NCBI RefSeq assembly: GCF_034432735.1
Contig: NZ_DAOUBJ010000071.1
Span: 1,259-65,258 of the forward strand
Reading direction: 5' to 3'
DNA: 64,000 nt
Source: Tepidiforma sp.
Lineage (GTDB): Bacteria; Chloroflexota; Dehalococcoidia; Tepidiformales; Tepidiformaceae
Shown one piece after another: positions 18,638 through 28,711 of this stretch. The position numbers and the translations under genes are program-made. Below the pieces are notes generated by a model. It saw only the letters and a list, made by a program, of their open reading frames with translations. It had not been told where the DNA came from and did not search any database. Within the stretch, counting starts at the first letter, position 1. Every line of letters starts with the position of its first letter.

Positions 18638-20116
18638 ATGCGGCGCGTGGTAGCCGATTTGGTGTTTCGCGAAGCAACGGTCGTCGATGGATCCGGGGCG
18701 CCTGGGTTCGTTGCGGACGTGGCGGTGGCGGGTGACCGGCTCGTTGCAGTTGGAGAGGCCGGGGCTGGACGGCGGGAGGTGGATGCGCGGGGGTTGGTGC
18801 TTTGTCCGGGTTTCGTGGATCCCCATTCGCACGACGACGGCGCGTTTTTGCGGCACCCGGACTTGCGGTTCAAGTTGGCGCAAGGGGTGACGACGGACGT
18901 CAGCGGCAACTGCGGTTTCAGCACGGTGCCGAACGAGCCCGGCCGGGAGTACATGCCGGGCGATATTTCGGGGCCCGGAGCGGAGTGGACGGACCTCGCG
19001 AGCTATTTCGCGGCCTGCATGACAAAGGGGCCGGCTATCAACAACCTGATGCTCGTCGGGCACAATCGGGTACGGGCTCATGTGATGGGGCTGGAGCATC
19101 GGGCGCCGAGGGCGGAGGAGTTGGCCGAGATGCGGGGGCACGTGGCGCGGGCGATGGAGCAGGGTGCAGCTGGGCTTTCGACGGGGCTGATCTATGCGCC
19201 TGGGCGGTATGCCGAGACGGAGGAGGTCGTGGGGCTCGCGCGTGCGGTGGCGCCCTACGGGGGCCTCTACGTGACGCATATGCGGAACGAGGCGGACCGG
19301 CTGCTCGAGGCGGTGGACGAGGCGATTACGGTCGCTCGCCAGGCGGGGGTGGGGCTTCACATTTCGCACCACAAGGCGGCGGGACGGCGGAATTGGGGCC
19401 GCGTCGGCGAGTCGCTGGCGAAGGTGGATGCCGCCAACGAGGCGGGAACGAGCGTGACGCTGGATGTGTACCCGTACACGGCCGGTAGCGGTCCGATGTG
19501 GCAGTACGTGAACCTCGACGCGATCGATCGGGAATGGGCGGAGGGTGTGATGATCGCGTCCTGCCCGGACCGGAGGGACTTCGAGGGCCGCATGGTGCCG
19601 GAGATTGCGCGGTCGGAGGGTTGGAGTGTGGAGGAGGCGGTACGCCGCATCGTCGAGGGTGAACGCGGCAAGGAGGTCATTTGCATTCAGTTCATCATCT
19701 CCGAGGCGGACATCGAGACGAATCTTCGGCATCCGCGCATGTTCGTTGGGTCGGACGGGATTCCGGTGCTGAAGGGGAATCCGCACCCGCGGCTTTTCGG
19801 GACGATGCCGCGGGTGTTGGCGAGGTACGTGCGCGAACGGGGCGTGTTGTCGTTGGAGGAGGCGGTGCGGAAGATGACCTCGGCACCATGCGAGCGCTTC
19901 GGCATCGCGGGACGGGGGTTGGTGCGGGAGGGGTATTTCGCGGACTTGGTGCTGTTCGACCCTGCGACCATCGCGGATACGGCAACGTACGAGCGGCCGA
20001 AGCAGGAACCGCAGGGTATCCGGATGGTGGTGGTGAACGGGAAAGTCGCTTTCGAGGACGGGCTGCACACGGGCGTGGGGGCTGGGCGGATGTTGCGGTA
20101 TGGGCAAGAGGCGTGA
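18638..20116 (+). CDS. N-acyl-D-amino-acid deacylase (D-aminoacylase), amidohydrolase superfamily
   Basis: Trimmed to the ATG at 18638. Motifs [26 protein letters not shown] and GSDG. Confidence 0.85.
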   Translation: MRRVVADLVFREATVVDGSGAPGFVADVAVAGDRLVAVGEAGAGRREVDARGLVLCPGFVDPHSHDDGAFLRHPDLRFKLAQGVTTDVSGNCGFSTVPNEPGREYMPGDISGPGAEWTDLASYFAACMTKGPAINNLMLVGHNRVRAHVMGLEHRAPRAEELAEMRGHVARAMEQGAAGLSTGLIYAPGRYAETEEVVGLARAVAPYGGLYVTHMRNEADRLLEAVDEAITVARQAGVGLHISHHKAAGRRNWGRVGESLAKVDAANEAGTSVTLDVYPYTAGSGPMWQYVNLDAIDREWAEGVMIASCPDRRDFEGRMVPEIARSEGWSVEEAVRRIVEGERGKEVICIQFIISEADIETNLRHPRMFVGSDGIPVLKGNPHPRLFGTMPRVLARYVRERGVLSLEEAVRKMTSAPCERFGIAGRGLVREGYFADLVLFDPATIADTATYERPKQEPQGIRMVVVNGKVAFEDGLHTGVGAGRMLRYGQEA

Positions 20117-20187
20117 GGGTACAGGGCGGGTAAGGCCCCGGGGCCGTATAGTCGCGGGCACGAGAATCCAGCGAGGAGGACTGCGCG

Positions 20188-21093
20188 ATGCAAAAGCCGG
20201 CGGTTGCGCTCGCCGCTGCGGTGGGCCGGAGAAAGTGGACGGTCGAGACGGCGAAGAGGTTGGAAGACGCCGGGTTTTCCGGCATCTACTGCGCGAGCTT
20301 CGGGGATGGGATGGGGCTGTGCCTTTCGATCGCCCATGCGACGAATCGGATCAAGTTCGGGACATCGATCATTCCGATTTACTACCGGGTGCCGTTCGAT
20401 CTGGCGCAGTCGGCGGCGTACATCCACGAGATCAGCGACGGTCGGTTCTACCTCGGAATCGGCGTGAGCCACGCTCCTTCGAATGCCCGGATCGGGGCAA
20501 AGCCGGGCAAGCCATTGAGCGATATGCGGCAGTACGTGGAGGCGATGCGCTCGGCCTCGCAACAGGTAGGGCCGCTGCCGCCGATCGTGCTGGCGACCTT
20601 GCGGAGACGGATGGTGGACCTGGCCGTGGAGATCGCGGAGGGAGCCGTTTGGGCGAACGCTGCCCGTTCACATATGCCGGAGTCGCTTTCGCACATTCCG
20701 GCGGAGAAGCGGGAAGGGGACTTCTTCATCGGGGACATGATCCCGATGTGCATCGACGACGAGGACCCGACAGCCGCGGCGAACGTGATGAAGCGGGTGC
20801 TCACGGGCTACGTGATGCTGCCGAATTACCGCAATTACTGGAAGGAGGCGGGGTACGTGGAGGAGATGGAGGCGATCGAGGCGGCGCTGGCACGTGGCGA
20901 TCGGGAGGCTTTGCCCGGGCTGATGAACGAGCGCTGGCTTTCGGACTGCACGCTGTTCGGAACGCGGCAACAGGTGTTGGATGGTCTGGAGCGGTGGTAC
21001 GCGGCCGGCGTGAAGACACCGATCGTGGTGCCATCCTCGACGAAGGGCGGACAGGTGAAGGCGTTCGAGGAGCTGTTCGCTGCCTTTGCCTGA
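20188..21093 (+). CDS. LLM-class F420-dependent oxidoreductase
   Basis: 301 aa with a luciferase-like TIM-barrel pattern (GRFYLGIGVSH; C-terminal YAAGVKTPIV). Confidence 0.75.
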   Translation: MQKPAVALAAAVGRRKWTVETAKRLEDAGFSGIYCASFGDGMGLCLSIAHATNRIKFGTSIIPIYYRVPFDLAQSAAYIHEISDGRFYLGIGVSHAPSNARIGAKPGKPLSDMRQYVEAMRSASQQVGPLPPIVLATLRRRMVDLAVEIAEGAVWANAARSHMPESLSHIPAEKREGDFFIGDMIPMCIDDEDPTAAANVMKRVLTGYVMLPNYRNYWKEAGYVEEMEAIEAALARGDREALPGLMNERWLSDCTLFGTRQQVLDGLERWYAAGVKTPIVVPSSTKGGQVKAFEELFAAFA

Positions 21094-21118
21094 CCGCCCG
21101 GAGGGCGCGGCGCCTAGA

Positions 21119-21895
21119 ATGTGTTGTGTGTTCGAACGCGAGCTGGAGATCGCCCGCGAGGCCGCTCTGGCGGCTGGGGAAGTGGTCGAGCGCTTTCGGC
21201 GGGAAGGTGTGAGGTATGGACGGAAGGCGGGCCGCGAGCTGGTCTCCGAAGCGGACCTCGAGGCTGCGGCTCTGCTGGAACGGCGGCTGCGAAGCGCTTT
21301 CCCGAGCGATGGCTGGCTGAGCGAGGAGCACCGGGATTCGCCCGAGCGCCTGGGGGCGGCGAGGGTGTGGGTGGTCGACCCGATCGATGGCACGAGGGAG
21401 TATCTACTGGGCATTCCGGAGTATGCGGTGTCGATCGCGCTGGTGGCCGATGGCTCGCCGGTCCTCGGGGTTGTGCACAATCCGGCGACGGGGGAGCTGT
21501 TCGCCGACCGCTGCTGGGGTGCGGAGGAGCGGCCGCCGACGGAGCCGACGGGGCTGGCATTCGAGGCGCTGGTGGGTCGGGGGGAACATGCGTGGGACGA
21601 TCTGCCGCCGCTGCCGGAGGGGACAATCGTCCGGCCCGTCGGGAGCGTGGCGTATCGGCTCGCGCTGCTTTCGCGCGGGGATGGCAATGCGACGCTGACG
21701 GGGTTCGGACGGGCCGAGTGGGACGTAGCGGCGGGGGCGGCTCTCTGCCTGGCCGCTGGGCTCCGGGTGACGGGGGTGCTGGGGGACCCGCTGCGATTCA
21801 ACCAGCCGCGGCCGTTCGTCCGCGGGCTTCTGGCGGCAGAGCCGGGGCTGCACGAACGGCTCGTGCGCTTTTTCGCACCATTCGCTCGGGCATAG
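21119..21895 (+). CDS. inositol monophosphatase family protein
   Basis: WVVDPIDGTREY and downstream GSVAYRLAL and WDVAAG motifs. The start ATG at 21119 was chosen inside ORF 21086..21895. Confidence 0.8.
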   Translation: MCCVFERELEIAREAALAAGEVVERFRREGVRYGRKAGRELVSEADLEAAALLERRLRSAFPSDGWLSEEHRDSPERLGAARVWVVDPIDGTREYLLGIPEYAVSIALVADGSPVLGVVHNPATGELFADRCWGAEERPPTEPTGLAFEALVGRGEHAWDDLPPLPEGTIVRPVGSVAYRLALLSRGDGNATLTGFGRAEWDVAAGAALCLAAGLRVTGVLGDPLRFNQPRPFVRGLLAAEPGLHERLVRFFAPFARA

Positions 21896-21911
21896 CCTAG
21901 GGAGGTTCCGG

Positions 21912-22862
21912 ATGGGTATTGGTGTAGGGTTCGGAGTGACGGGGTTTCCGTTTTCGTCTGCGCGGGCGTTCGGAGCCTGGATCGACCTGCTGGAGGAGCT
22001 GGGGGCGGACTCGGTGTGGTTCAGCGAGCGGCTGGTGTCGCTTTCGCCGACCCTGGAGCCGATGGCGGCGATCGGGTTTGCGCTCGGACGGACGACGCGG
22101 TTGAAGGCAGGGATGAACGCAGTGGTCGTCTCGCTGCGCGATCCGCTGGTGCTGGCCAAGGAGTGCGCGACGCTGGACTTTTTGAGCGGGGGACGCTTGC
22201 TGCCCGCCTTCGGGGTTGGCGATGAGCGGGCCCCGGAATGGCGGGCAACGGGCCGCGACCCGCAAGGGCGGGGAGCGCTGGCGGACGAGGCGCTGGAACT
22301 GATGGTTCGGCTGTGGAGCGAGGAGCGGGTGACATTCGAAGGTCGTTTCTTTCGGTACCGGGATGCTTCGATTTCGCCGCGGCCGGTTCAGCAACCACTT
22401 CCGTTGTGGGTCGGGGGGAGTTCCGAGGCGGCCATCCGACGGACGGCACGGGTCGGGACGGGTTGGTTGGCGGGGTTGCAGACGCCCGAGCAGGTCGGTC
22501 CGGTGATTCGCGCTATCAAGGCCGCGGCCGCGGAGTTGGGTCGGACGATCGACGAGGACCACTACGGGGCGGGTTTTGCCTACCGGTTCGGGCGCCTGGA
22601 GGATCCGCCGGTGCAGCGCCAGCTCGCGGCGCTGAGCCGGCTCCCAGGCATCGGGGATCCTTCGCGCCTGGTGGCGGTCGGCGATGCCGAGCTGATCGCT
22701 GGGCGTTTTCGGGAGTTCATCGCGGCTGGGGCCTCGAAATTCGTGGTCCGCCCTATCGCGGAGGGCGATGCCGACTTGGAGGTGCAGACGCGGCGGATGC
22801 TGGAGGAGGTTGTGCCGCGGCTAGCGACCGCGAGCGTCAGCGGGGAAGGGGCACGAGCCTGA
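21912..22862 (+). CDS. LLM-class F420-dependent oxidoreductase
   Basis: 316 aa. ELGADSVWFSERL, LDFLSGGRLLPAFGVG and PLWVGGSS motifs. Confidence 0.8.
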   Translation: MGIGVGFGVTGFPFSSARAFGAWIDLLEELGADSVWFSERLVSLSPTLEPMAAIGFALGRTTRLKAGMNAVVVSLRDPLVLAKECATLDFLSGGRLLPAFGVGDERAPEWRATGRDPQGRGALADEALELMVRLWSEERVTFEGRFFRYRDASISPRPVQQPLPLWVGGSSEAAIRRTARVGTGWLAGLQTPEQVGPVIRAIKAAAAELGRTIDEDHYGAGFAYRFGRLEDPPVQRQLAALSRLPGIGDPSRLVAVGDAELIAGRFREFIAAGASKFVVRPIAEGDADLEVQTRRMLEEVVPRLATASVSGEGARA

Positions 22863-24282
22863 TCCAGAGTTCGGGCTCGTCGGGCATGTCGCGAACGAAG
22901 GTTCGGTCGGCGACGAAGAGTGCGACGGGGCCTTCGGCATCGGCGATGACCACGGTACGGGGTCGTTGCCAGGCGGGAATCTTTTCGTTCACGAAGATAT
23001 CGGAGATTTTGCGCAGGTAACCGCGCCAGCGGAGTCGGTCACCGGGTTGGAGGGACCGGGCGCGGAGCGCGCCGCGGAGGTTCGCGCGGCCGAGTGCGGC
23101 GACGGGGGCATGCGGCGCTGGTTCGAGGGGCGTTGCTGCGACGTCGACCCGCCAGGTGCCGGCTCGCCGGCTCCCAGGGACTTCGAGGAGCACAGGTGGG
23201 ATTGGGTCGGGCGGCTCGAGGGGTGGTCCGATGCGGACCTTGGCGGCCGAGACATCGACGACGAGGTGGCCGAAGGCGACGCTGCCGGTCCCTCGGGTGA
23301 GGATGGCACGGAGGTTTTGGAGGCGGGTGCGGTTGATGGCGGGTTCGCGCTGGAGGAGGGCTGCCTCGCGTTCGACGACGAGCGCGAGTGCTTCGCCGGG
23401 CAGATCGGCGAGTACGGCGACGGGGAAGATGGAACCGAGGGATCCGCGCTCTTCGGGGCGGGCTTCGTAGGAGCGGTGTTCGATGAGGGCGAAGGCTTCG
23501 CGTGCGCTGGTGGCGAGGCCGACGAGGGCCTCCTCGATGGATGGGTTGATGGTTTTGAGGCGAGGGAGGAGCTCTGCCCGGAGGCGGTTGCGCAGGAACG
23601 AAGGGTCGCGGTTGGAGGCGTCGGACCGTGGGTGCAGCTGGAGTGCGGTGCACACGGCGAGGGTATCCTGGCGTCGAAGGGACAGAAGGGGGCGGAGCAC
23701 GACTTGTCCAGGGCTGCCGGGGAGTGGGCTGGTGGGAAGCATGCCGCGGAGCCCGCGCACGCCGGACCCGCGGAGGAGGTGGAGCAAGACGGTTTCGGCC
23801 TGGTCGTCGGCAGTATGGCCGGTTACGACTGCATCGCAGCGTTCTTTCTCGGCGGCGAAGGCGAGGAACTGGTAGCGCATGGTTCGTGCGGTTTCTTCGA
23901 TGCCCCGGTGTTGGCGCGCCGCGACCTCGCGGACGGGGCCTTCTCCGGTGATGGCTTCGAGGCCGAGTGCGGCGGCGTGCTGACGGACGAATTCGCGGTC
24001 GGCTGCGGATTCGGGGCGAAGCTGGTGGTCGAAGTGGGCGACGAGCAGCTCGTACCCGAACTGTTGGCGCAGCGCGAGGAGGAGGTGGAGGCACGCGAGG
24101 GAATCGGGGCCGCCGGAGACTGCGACGAGGAGGCGGCGACGGCGTCGGAAGAGGTGCTCGGATTCGGCGAAGCGGGCGATTCGCTGGAGGGCGGCACGGA
24201 CGGCCGCCGGTGAGCGGTGCGGTCCCGATTCGACGGTTTTGGCGCCAGGGTATGGCGCCCAGCCGGCGGCAGGGTGCGTCAC
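22837..24282 (-). CDS. tilS: tRNA(Ile)-lysidine synthase
   Basis: PP-loop LLVAVSGGPDSLACLHLL. A GTG start at 24282 lies directly after the ftsB-like stop; the listed ORF extends to 24360. The 3' end overlaps the convergent LLM gene by 26 nt. Confidence 0.85.
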   Translation of the reverse strand: MTHPAAGWAPYPGAKTVESGPHRSPAAVRAALQRIARFAESEHLFRRRRRLLVAVSGGPDSLACLHLLLALRQQFGYELLVAHFDHQLRPESAADREFVRQHAAALGLEAITGEGPVREVAARQHRGIEETARTMRYQFLAFAAEKERCDAVVTGHTADDQAETVLLHLLRGSGVRGLRGMLPTSPLPGSPGQVVLRPLLSLRRQDTLAVCTALQLHPRSDASNRDPSFLRNRLRAELLPRLKTINPSIEEALVGLATSAREAFALIEHRSYEARPEERGSLGSIFPVAVLADLPGEALALVVEREAALLQREPAINRTRLQNLRAILTRGTGSVAFGHLVVDVSAAKVRIGPPLEPPDPIPPVLLEVPGSRRAGTWRVDVAATPLEPAPHAPVAALGRANLRGALRARSLQPGDRLRWRGYLRKISDIFVNEKIPAWQRPRTVVIADAEGPVALFVADRTFVRDMPDEPELWIRLVPLPR

Positions 24283-24283
24283 G

Positions 24284-24625
24284 TCAGCGGGGGAAGAGCC
24301 GTTGCCACCAGGGGCCGGCTGGTTGTTCCTGCTCGTCGGCTGGGGGGCTGATGACGACAAAAGGAATTTCCCCTTCTCGGATGTAGCCGTAGCGGCGGCG
24401 GGCTTCTTGTTCGACGTAGGCGTCGGAGGCGACGTAGGCGCGGACGGCTTCGAGGTAGGCTTTCTGTTCTTGGAGTTGGGCGAGTTGACGTTCTTCGGCG
24501 GCGCGGGTATCGGCGAGCTGCTGGGAGCGGTAAAGGCCGAGCGCGGCGGTATAGAGGAAGTAGCCGCCGATGGCGAGGCTGGCGATGATGACGAGGCGGG
24601 AGCGGCTGACGAGGGGCGGTGCCAT
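24284..24625 (-). CDS. septum formation initiator family protein (FtsB/DivIC-like)
   Basis: 113 aa with one N-terminal TM helix, then a coiled coil (LAQLQEQKAYLEAVRAY) and the YVEQEARRRYGYIREGE motif. Confidence 0.7.
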   Translation of the reverse strand: MAPPLVSRSRLVIIASLAIGGYFLYTAALGLYRSQQLADTRAAEERQLAQLQEQKAYLEAVRAYVASDAYVEQEARRRYGYIREGEIPFVVISPPADEQEQPAGPWWQRLFPR

Positions 24626-24627
24626 TG

Positions 24628-25275
24628 TCAGGTGGAGACGCTACGCGCGGGGCCGGCAAGGTTCAAGGTGGATTCGAGGTGGCTCGTGTCGTTGAGCGCC
24701 TGGATGGCTGCGCGGCGGTGCTGAATGGAGATGGTGGTGATGGAGGCAAGGTCGAGGCGGAAGTTGCGGAAGTTGACGATGGGGATGCCGAGGAGGAGGC
24801 ACACGAGGACGCGGAGGGTGAAGTTGTGGGAGACGATGACGAGGACGCGTTCTGGGCCGTGGATGAGGTCGGCTGCGAGGGGCTCGAGGCGGGCCGCCAG
24901 GTCGGCGAGCGATTCGCCGCCGGGCATGCAGACGCTGGTCGGGTCGTCGCCGGACCAAGCGGCGAAGAATTCGGGGAAGCGTTGGCGAATTTCGGGGTAG
25001 GTGAGCCCTTCGGTGATGCCCACGTCGAGTTCGGTGAGCTCGGGCAGGATTTCGACTGGGAGGCCGTGGGGGGCGGCGATGGCGCGTGCGACGGCGAGGG
25101 CACGCTGAAGCGGCGAGGTGGCAATCTCGTCGAGCGGGACGCGTTCGAAGCGACGGGCGAGGGCGGCTGCCTGCTGAATTCCGAGGGGAGAGAGGGGGAC
25201 ATCGGCGCGGCCGAGCCCGCGAGCCTCGGCGTTATGGTTGGTTTCTCCGTGGCGGACGAGGTAGATGAGGCTCAT
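24628..25275 (-). CDS. histidine phosphatase family protein (phosphoglycerate-mutase-like)
   Basis: Trimmed to the ATG at 25275. Has the LVRHGETNHN catalytic RHG motif. Confidence 0.85.
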   Translation of the reverse strand: MSLIYLVRHGETNHNAEARGLGRADVPLSPLGIQQAAALARRFERVPLDEIATSPLQRALAVARAIAAPHGLPVEILPELTELDVGITEGLTYPEIRQRFPEFFAAWSGDDPTSVCMPGGESLADLAARLEPLAADLIHGPERVLVIVSHNFTLRVLVCLLLGIPIVNFRNFRLDLASITTISIQHRRAAIQALNDTSHLESTLNLAGPARSVST

Positions 25276-25799
25276 GGGGCGTCCTCGTCGCTCGGCTGGA
25301 GGGGTGCCCAGAGCCGGGCGATGAATGGGCGAAAGCCGAGGGCGGCCCAGAAGCGGGCGGCGTCCTGGTCGGCGGCGAGGACTGGCATTTCGAAGTGGCG
25401 TACGCCGTCGATCGTGGCTGCCCAGCGGGCGACTTCGGCGACGAGGGTTCGGGCTATGCCGCGGCGGCGGAAGGGCGGTTCGACCCAAAGATAGCCGATG
25501 GTGGCATGGCGTTCGGGCAGTCTGTCGGGCCCGGCCGATTCGATAGCGCCGCTGATGAACCCGGCGAGCTCGGCTCGGGCGGTTTCGGCGACGAGGACGA
25601 TGGTAGATTTCCGCTGGAGGTGTGTGTGGAGGGCCACGGCGAACTGTTCAGGGTCGATGGGAGCGAGGGTGATTCGCCGGTCGATCTTTGCGTTATGTTC
25701 ACGCGCGCGCTGCCAGAGGGGGAAGAGCTGGTCGGCGTCGGCTGGGACGGCGCGGCGGACACCGAAGGCGGTCAGAGGTACTGGCCGTAGCGACGCCAT
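25272..25799 (-). CDS. GNAT family N-acetyltransferase
   Basis: Only the C-terminal 175 aa of listed ORF 25272..26846 look real. Has the acetyl-CoA motif WVEPPFRRRGIARTL. The start is ATG at 25799 (28-nt overlap with the upstream gene) or a later GTG. Confidence 0.7.
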   Translation of the reverse strand: MASLRPVPLTAFGVRRAVPADADQLFPLWQRAREHNAKIDRRITLAPIDPEQFAVALHTHLQRKSTIVLVAETARAELAGFISGAIESAGPDRLPERHATIGYLWVEPPFRRRGIARTLVAEVARWAATIDGVRHFEMPVLAADQDAARFWAALGFRPFIARLWAPLQPSDEDAP

Positions 25800-26494
25800 A
25801 GCTCCCTCGCTGGCGAACGGTCGTCGAGGACGATGCCCGTCCGCACGAAGCTCTGCGGCTCGAAGCCGGGGAAGAGCGCCGCCAGTATAGCCTCCGGACG
25901 TGCAGTTATGTGCTGGTCGCTTTGGAGGCGCATGGCCAGTTCGGTTCCGCCGTCGATGGGGCGGGTGGTGAGCCAGGCGGTTGCGGCTCGGAGGTCGTAG
26001 GTTCGCTCTCGTTCTCCGCGTTCTTCGCGCCAGGTGAGGGTATCGCTGGCGAGAAAGGATTCGGCGCGTTGACGGGCGTCGGCGGGGTCGAGGCCGGGCA
26101 CGATGACGCGGTAATCGGACCAGAGCATGGCGGCTTGGGGCTGTGGGGCTCCGAGCGGGACCTCGCGGGCGCCAACGAGGGAAAGGTCGTCGGTGGCTTG
26201 TTGCGCGAGCCGGGCTTGGAACTCGGCGGGGTCGATGCGGCCGTCGAGGATGACATCCATGACTTCGCGTTCGGCGGTGAAGCCGAGGGGAAGGGGGGAG
26301 GCGAAGAAGAGCTTGGGGTGGGGGGTGAATCCTTGCGAGTAGGCGAGCGGGAGGCCGGCGCGGCGGATGGCGCGTTCCCAGTAACGGAGCACGTCGAGAT
26401 GGGAGATGTATTTGACGCGTTCGCCTTTGCGGAACCAGGTGCGAATGCGTTGCTGACTGCTCACGGGTTGGATGGTAGCACGGGGCGGTGTCAA
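25772..26494 (-). CDS. radical-SAM-associated protein family (DUF2344 / TIGR03936-like)
   Basis: 240 aa. KYISHLDVLRYWERAIRRAGLPLAYSQGFTPHPK is the characteristic N-terminal signature of this family. Its start overlaps the meaB stop. Confidence 0.75.
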   Translation of the reverse strand: MTPPRATIQPVSSQQRIRTWFRKGERVKYISHLDVLRYWERAIRRAGLPLAYSQGFTPHPKLFFASPLPLGFTAEREVMDVILDGRIDPAEFQARLAQQATDDLSLVGAREVPLGAPQPQAAMLWSDYRVIVPGLDPADARQRAESFLASDTLTWREERGERERTYDLRAATAWLTTRPIDGGTELAMRLQSDQHITARPEAILAALFPGFEPQSFVRTGIVLDDRSPARELWRRYGQYL

Positions 26495-27432
26495 CTCCGT
26501 GGGAGGACGAGGGCGGCGAGCTCTTCGGCGGCGGTGTGAGGGTCGAGCTGGCGGCTGGCGATACGGCTGGTGAGGGTTTCGATGACGGCTTCGGGCGCAG
26601 CCTTGCGGATCTCTTCGAGGAGGAGCTGTTGGGTGATGGCGAGGAGTTGGTGGCGGGCGTCTTCGGAGCGGTGGGAGGCGAGCAATCCGGAGGATTCGAG
26701 GTAGGCGCGGTGTTCGTCGATGGCGTCGGCGAGGGCGGCGAGGCCTTCGTTTCGTGTGGCGGTTGTTTTGAGGATAGGCGGCCGGCGCTGGTCGGCGGGG
26801 GAGAGGGCGAGGAGGGCTTGGAGCTGGCTGACGAGGATATCGGCACCGGGGTGGTCGGCCTTGTTGACGACGAGGATGTCGGCGATTTCGATGATGCCGG
26901 CTTTGAGGGCCTGGATGTCGTCGCCGGTGCCTGGGTTGTTGACGAGGACGGTGGTCATGGCGGTGCCGGCAATTTCGACTTCGTCTTGGCCGGCACCGAT
27001 GGTTTCGATGATGACGTAGTCGAAGCCGAACGCGTCGACGACGGCGACGACGTCGGCGATGGCGGGTGCGAGGCCGCCGAGGGCGCCGCGGCCGGCCATG
27101 GAGCGCATGTAGACGCCGGGGTCCATGGTGACGTCCTGCATGCGGATGCGATCGCCGAGGAGGGCGCCATGGGTGAAGGGGCTGGAGGGATCGACGGCGA
27201 TGATGGCGACGGTTTTTTCGCGCCGGCGGAGCTCGGTAGCGAGGGCGCCGGTGAGGGTGCTCTTGCCGGAGCCAGCGCCGCCAGTGATGCCGACGATGTG
27301 GGCGCGCCCGGAGTGGGGATAGAGGGCGCGGACGTAATCGCGCCCTTCGAGGGTGCCGTTTTCGACGCGGGTGATGATGCGGGCGAGCGCGCGGCGGTCG
27401 CCCGCGAGGAATCGCTGGACCAGCTCGTCCAC
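26491..27432 (-). CDS. meaB: methylmalonyl-CoA mutase-associated GTPase MeaB (ArgK)
   Basis: P-loop GITGGAGSGKST, NKxD box VVNKAD, size 313 aa. Lies adjacent to the mutase subunit genes. Confidence 0.9.
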   Translation of the reverse strand: MDELVQRFLAGDRRALARIITRVENGTLEGRDYVRALYPHSGRAHIVGITGGAGSGKSTLTGALATELRRREKTVAIIAVDPSSPFTHGALLGDRIRMQDVTMDPGVYMRSMAGRGALGGLAPAIADVVAVVDAFGFDYVIIETIGAGQDEVEIAGTAMTTVLVNNPGTGDDIQALKAGIIEIADILVVNKADHPGADILVSQLQALLALSPADQRRPPILKTTATRNEGLAALADAIDEHRAYLESSGLLASHRSEDARHQLLAITQQLLLEEIRKAAPEAVIETLTSRIASRQLDPHTAAEELAALVLPRS

Positions 27433-27434
27433 GG

Positions 27435-27845
27435 TTATTTCTTCACGTTGTCGTAGACGAACTTGACGATGTCCTGTGTGTTCGTCCCGGGGCGGAAGAT
27501 GGCTTTGAAGCCGAGTTTTTGGAGTGCTTCGGTGTCTTCTTCGGGGATGATTCCTCCGCAGAAGAGGAGGACGTCATCGAGGCCGCGTTTTTTGAGCTCT
27601 TCGACGACGCGGGGGAAGAGTTCGAGGTGGGCGCCCGAGAGGATGGAGAGCCCGACGACATCGACGTCTTCTTGGAGGGCGGCCTCGGCGATCATTTCTG
27701 GCGTCTGACGGATACCGGTGTAGATGACCTCGCAGCCGCCGTCGCGGAGGGCGCGTGCGACCACTTTGGCGCCGCGGTCGTGGCCATCGAGCCCTGGCTT
27801 GGCGATGAGCACGCGGATTTTGCCGGTTGCGGTTGCTGTCGACAT
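27435..27845 (-). CDS. B12-binding small subunit of a split acyl-CoA mutase
   Basis: 136 aa. Has the DxHxxG cobalamin motif ([10 protein letters not shown]) and the SILSGAH motif. Trimmed from ORF 27435..28340. Confidence 0.9.
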   Translation of the reverse strand: MSTATATGKIRVLIAKPGLDGHDRGAKVVARALRDGGCEVIYTGIRQTPEMIAEAALQEDVDVVGLSILSGAHLELFPRVVEELKKRGLDDVLLFCGGIIPEEDTEALQKLGFKAIFRPGTNTQDIVKFVYDNVKK

Positions 27846-27892
27846 GGCTCCCCTCTGGAGGTGGTGGTTCCGGTAGTCGTTATGGTAGCGAT

Positions 27893-28288
27893 CTAGCCGC
27901 CGCTCCGCTGGATGAGTTGGAGATTGACGCCGTGGGAGGATTTGGGGGAGACGAAGGCGACGCCGTTCGTGGGGTCGCTGACGCGGTAGCCGAGGCTGCG
28001 GAGGTGCTCGACGGCGGCGACGAGATCGTCGACTTCGATGGAGAGGAGGTACTGGCCTTCGCCGCGCTCGCGGGCGAACTGGGCGACTGGGCCCTGGTCG
28101 GTGAGGGGCTGGATGAATTCGAGTGCGCTGTCGCCGATGGGCATGAAGGCGTTCTCGATGCCGAGGGCGGGGAGTTTGCCGCCCCGTGTGGGGTCGACCT
28201 GAAGGCCGAAGTGTCGGGCGTAGGTAGCGGTGGCTTCTTGGATGTTCTTGACGACGATGCCGACGTGGTCGATGCGCAGGGCTTTCAT
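27893..28288 (-). CDS. VOC (glyoxalase/epimerase-fold) family protein, divergent Mce paralog
   Basis: 131 aa. IDHVGIVV and ALEFIQP are conserved. The positions aligned with the Mce HH..E ligands read YLLSIEV / VNLQLIQ. Confidence 0.75.
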   Translation of the reverse strand: MKALRIDHVGIVVKNIQEATATYARHFGLQVDPTRGGKLPALGIENAFMPIGDSALEFIQPLTDQGPVAQFARERGEGQYLLSIEVDDLVAAVEHLRSLGYRVSDPTNGVAFVSPKSSHGVNLQLIQRSGG

Positions 28289-28710
28289 GGCTGGGCTCCT
28301 GGGCCGGTGGTGGAGATGGCGTTGTATTGGATGATGGCAAAGGGCACGCCGGAGGTGCCGGACTTGATGGTGGCGATGAGGGCGCCGGGCTGGACGGCGG
28401 GCCGCGGTTCGCCGACGTCGTAGCCGAGCGAGCGGAGGTGATGGACGGCGGCCTGAATGTTCTGCACGGCGAGGACGATGCCCCAGAGGCGAGCTGTGAC
28501 TTCGGCGATGGGATCGGGCTCGGGGGGCCCGGCGAATTCGAGGACGATCTCCTGGAGTTTCGCGAAGGCGAGCTGGGCGCCGGTGCCGGGCCTCGTCATG
28601 GTTCGCTTGATTTCGAGCCCGAGGTTTCGGCGGAATGTTTCGGCGACCACCCCGGAGTTGTTGGAGGTGATGACGATGTGGTCGATGTGGGTGGCGCCGA
28701 TGCCGGTCAT
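28285..28710 (-). CDS. VOC (glyoxalase/epimerase-fold) family protein, divergent Mce paralog
   Basis: 141 aa. IDHIVITS and VLEFAGP are retained, but the second-module ligand positions are not conserved. ATGA overlap with the downstream VOC gene. Confidence 0.7.
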   Translation of the reverse strand: MTGIGATHIDHIVITSNNSGVVAETFRRNLGLEIKRTMTRPGTGAQLAFAKLQEIVLEFAGPPEPDPIAEVTARLWGIVLAVQNIQAAVHHLRSLGYDVGEPRPAVQPGALIATIKSGTSGVPFAIIQYNAISTTGPGAQP

Positions 28711-28711
28711 A

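Noticed and set aside
25800-26846. N-terminal two-thirds of the 524-aa ORF 25272..26846
   Set aside because: Pro/Ser/Arg-rich and overlaps the DUF2344 and MeaB genes in another frame. Only the C-terminal 175 aa show GNAT motifs.
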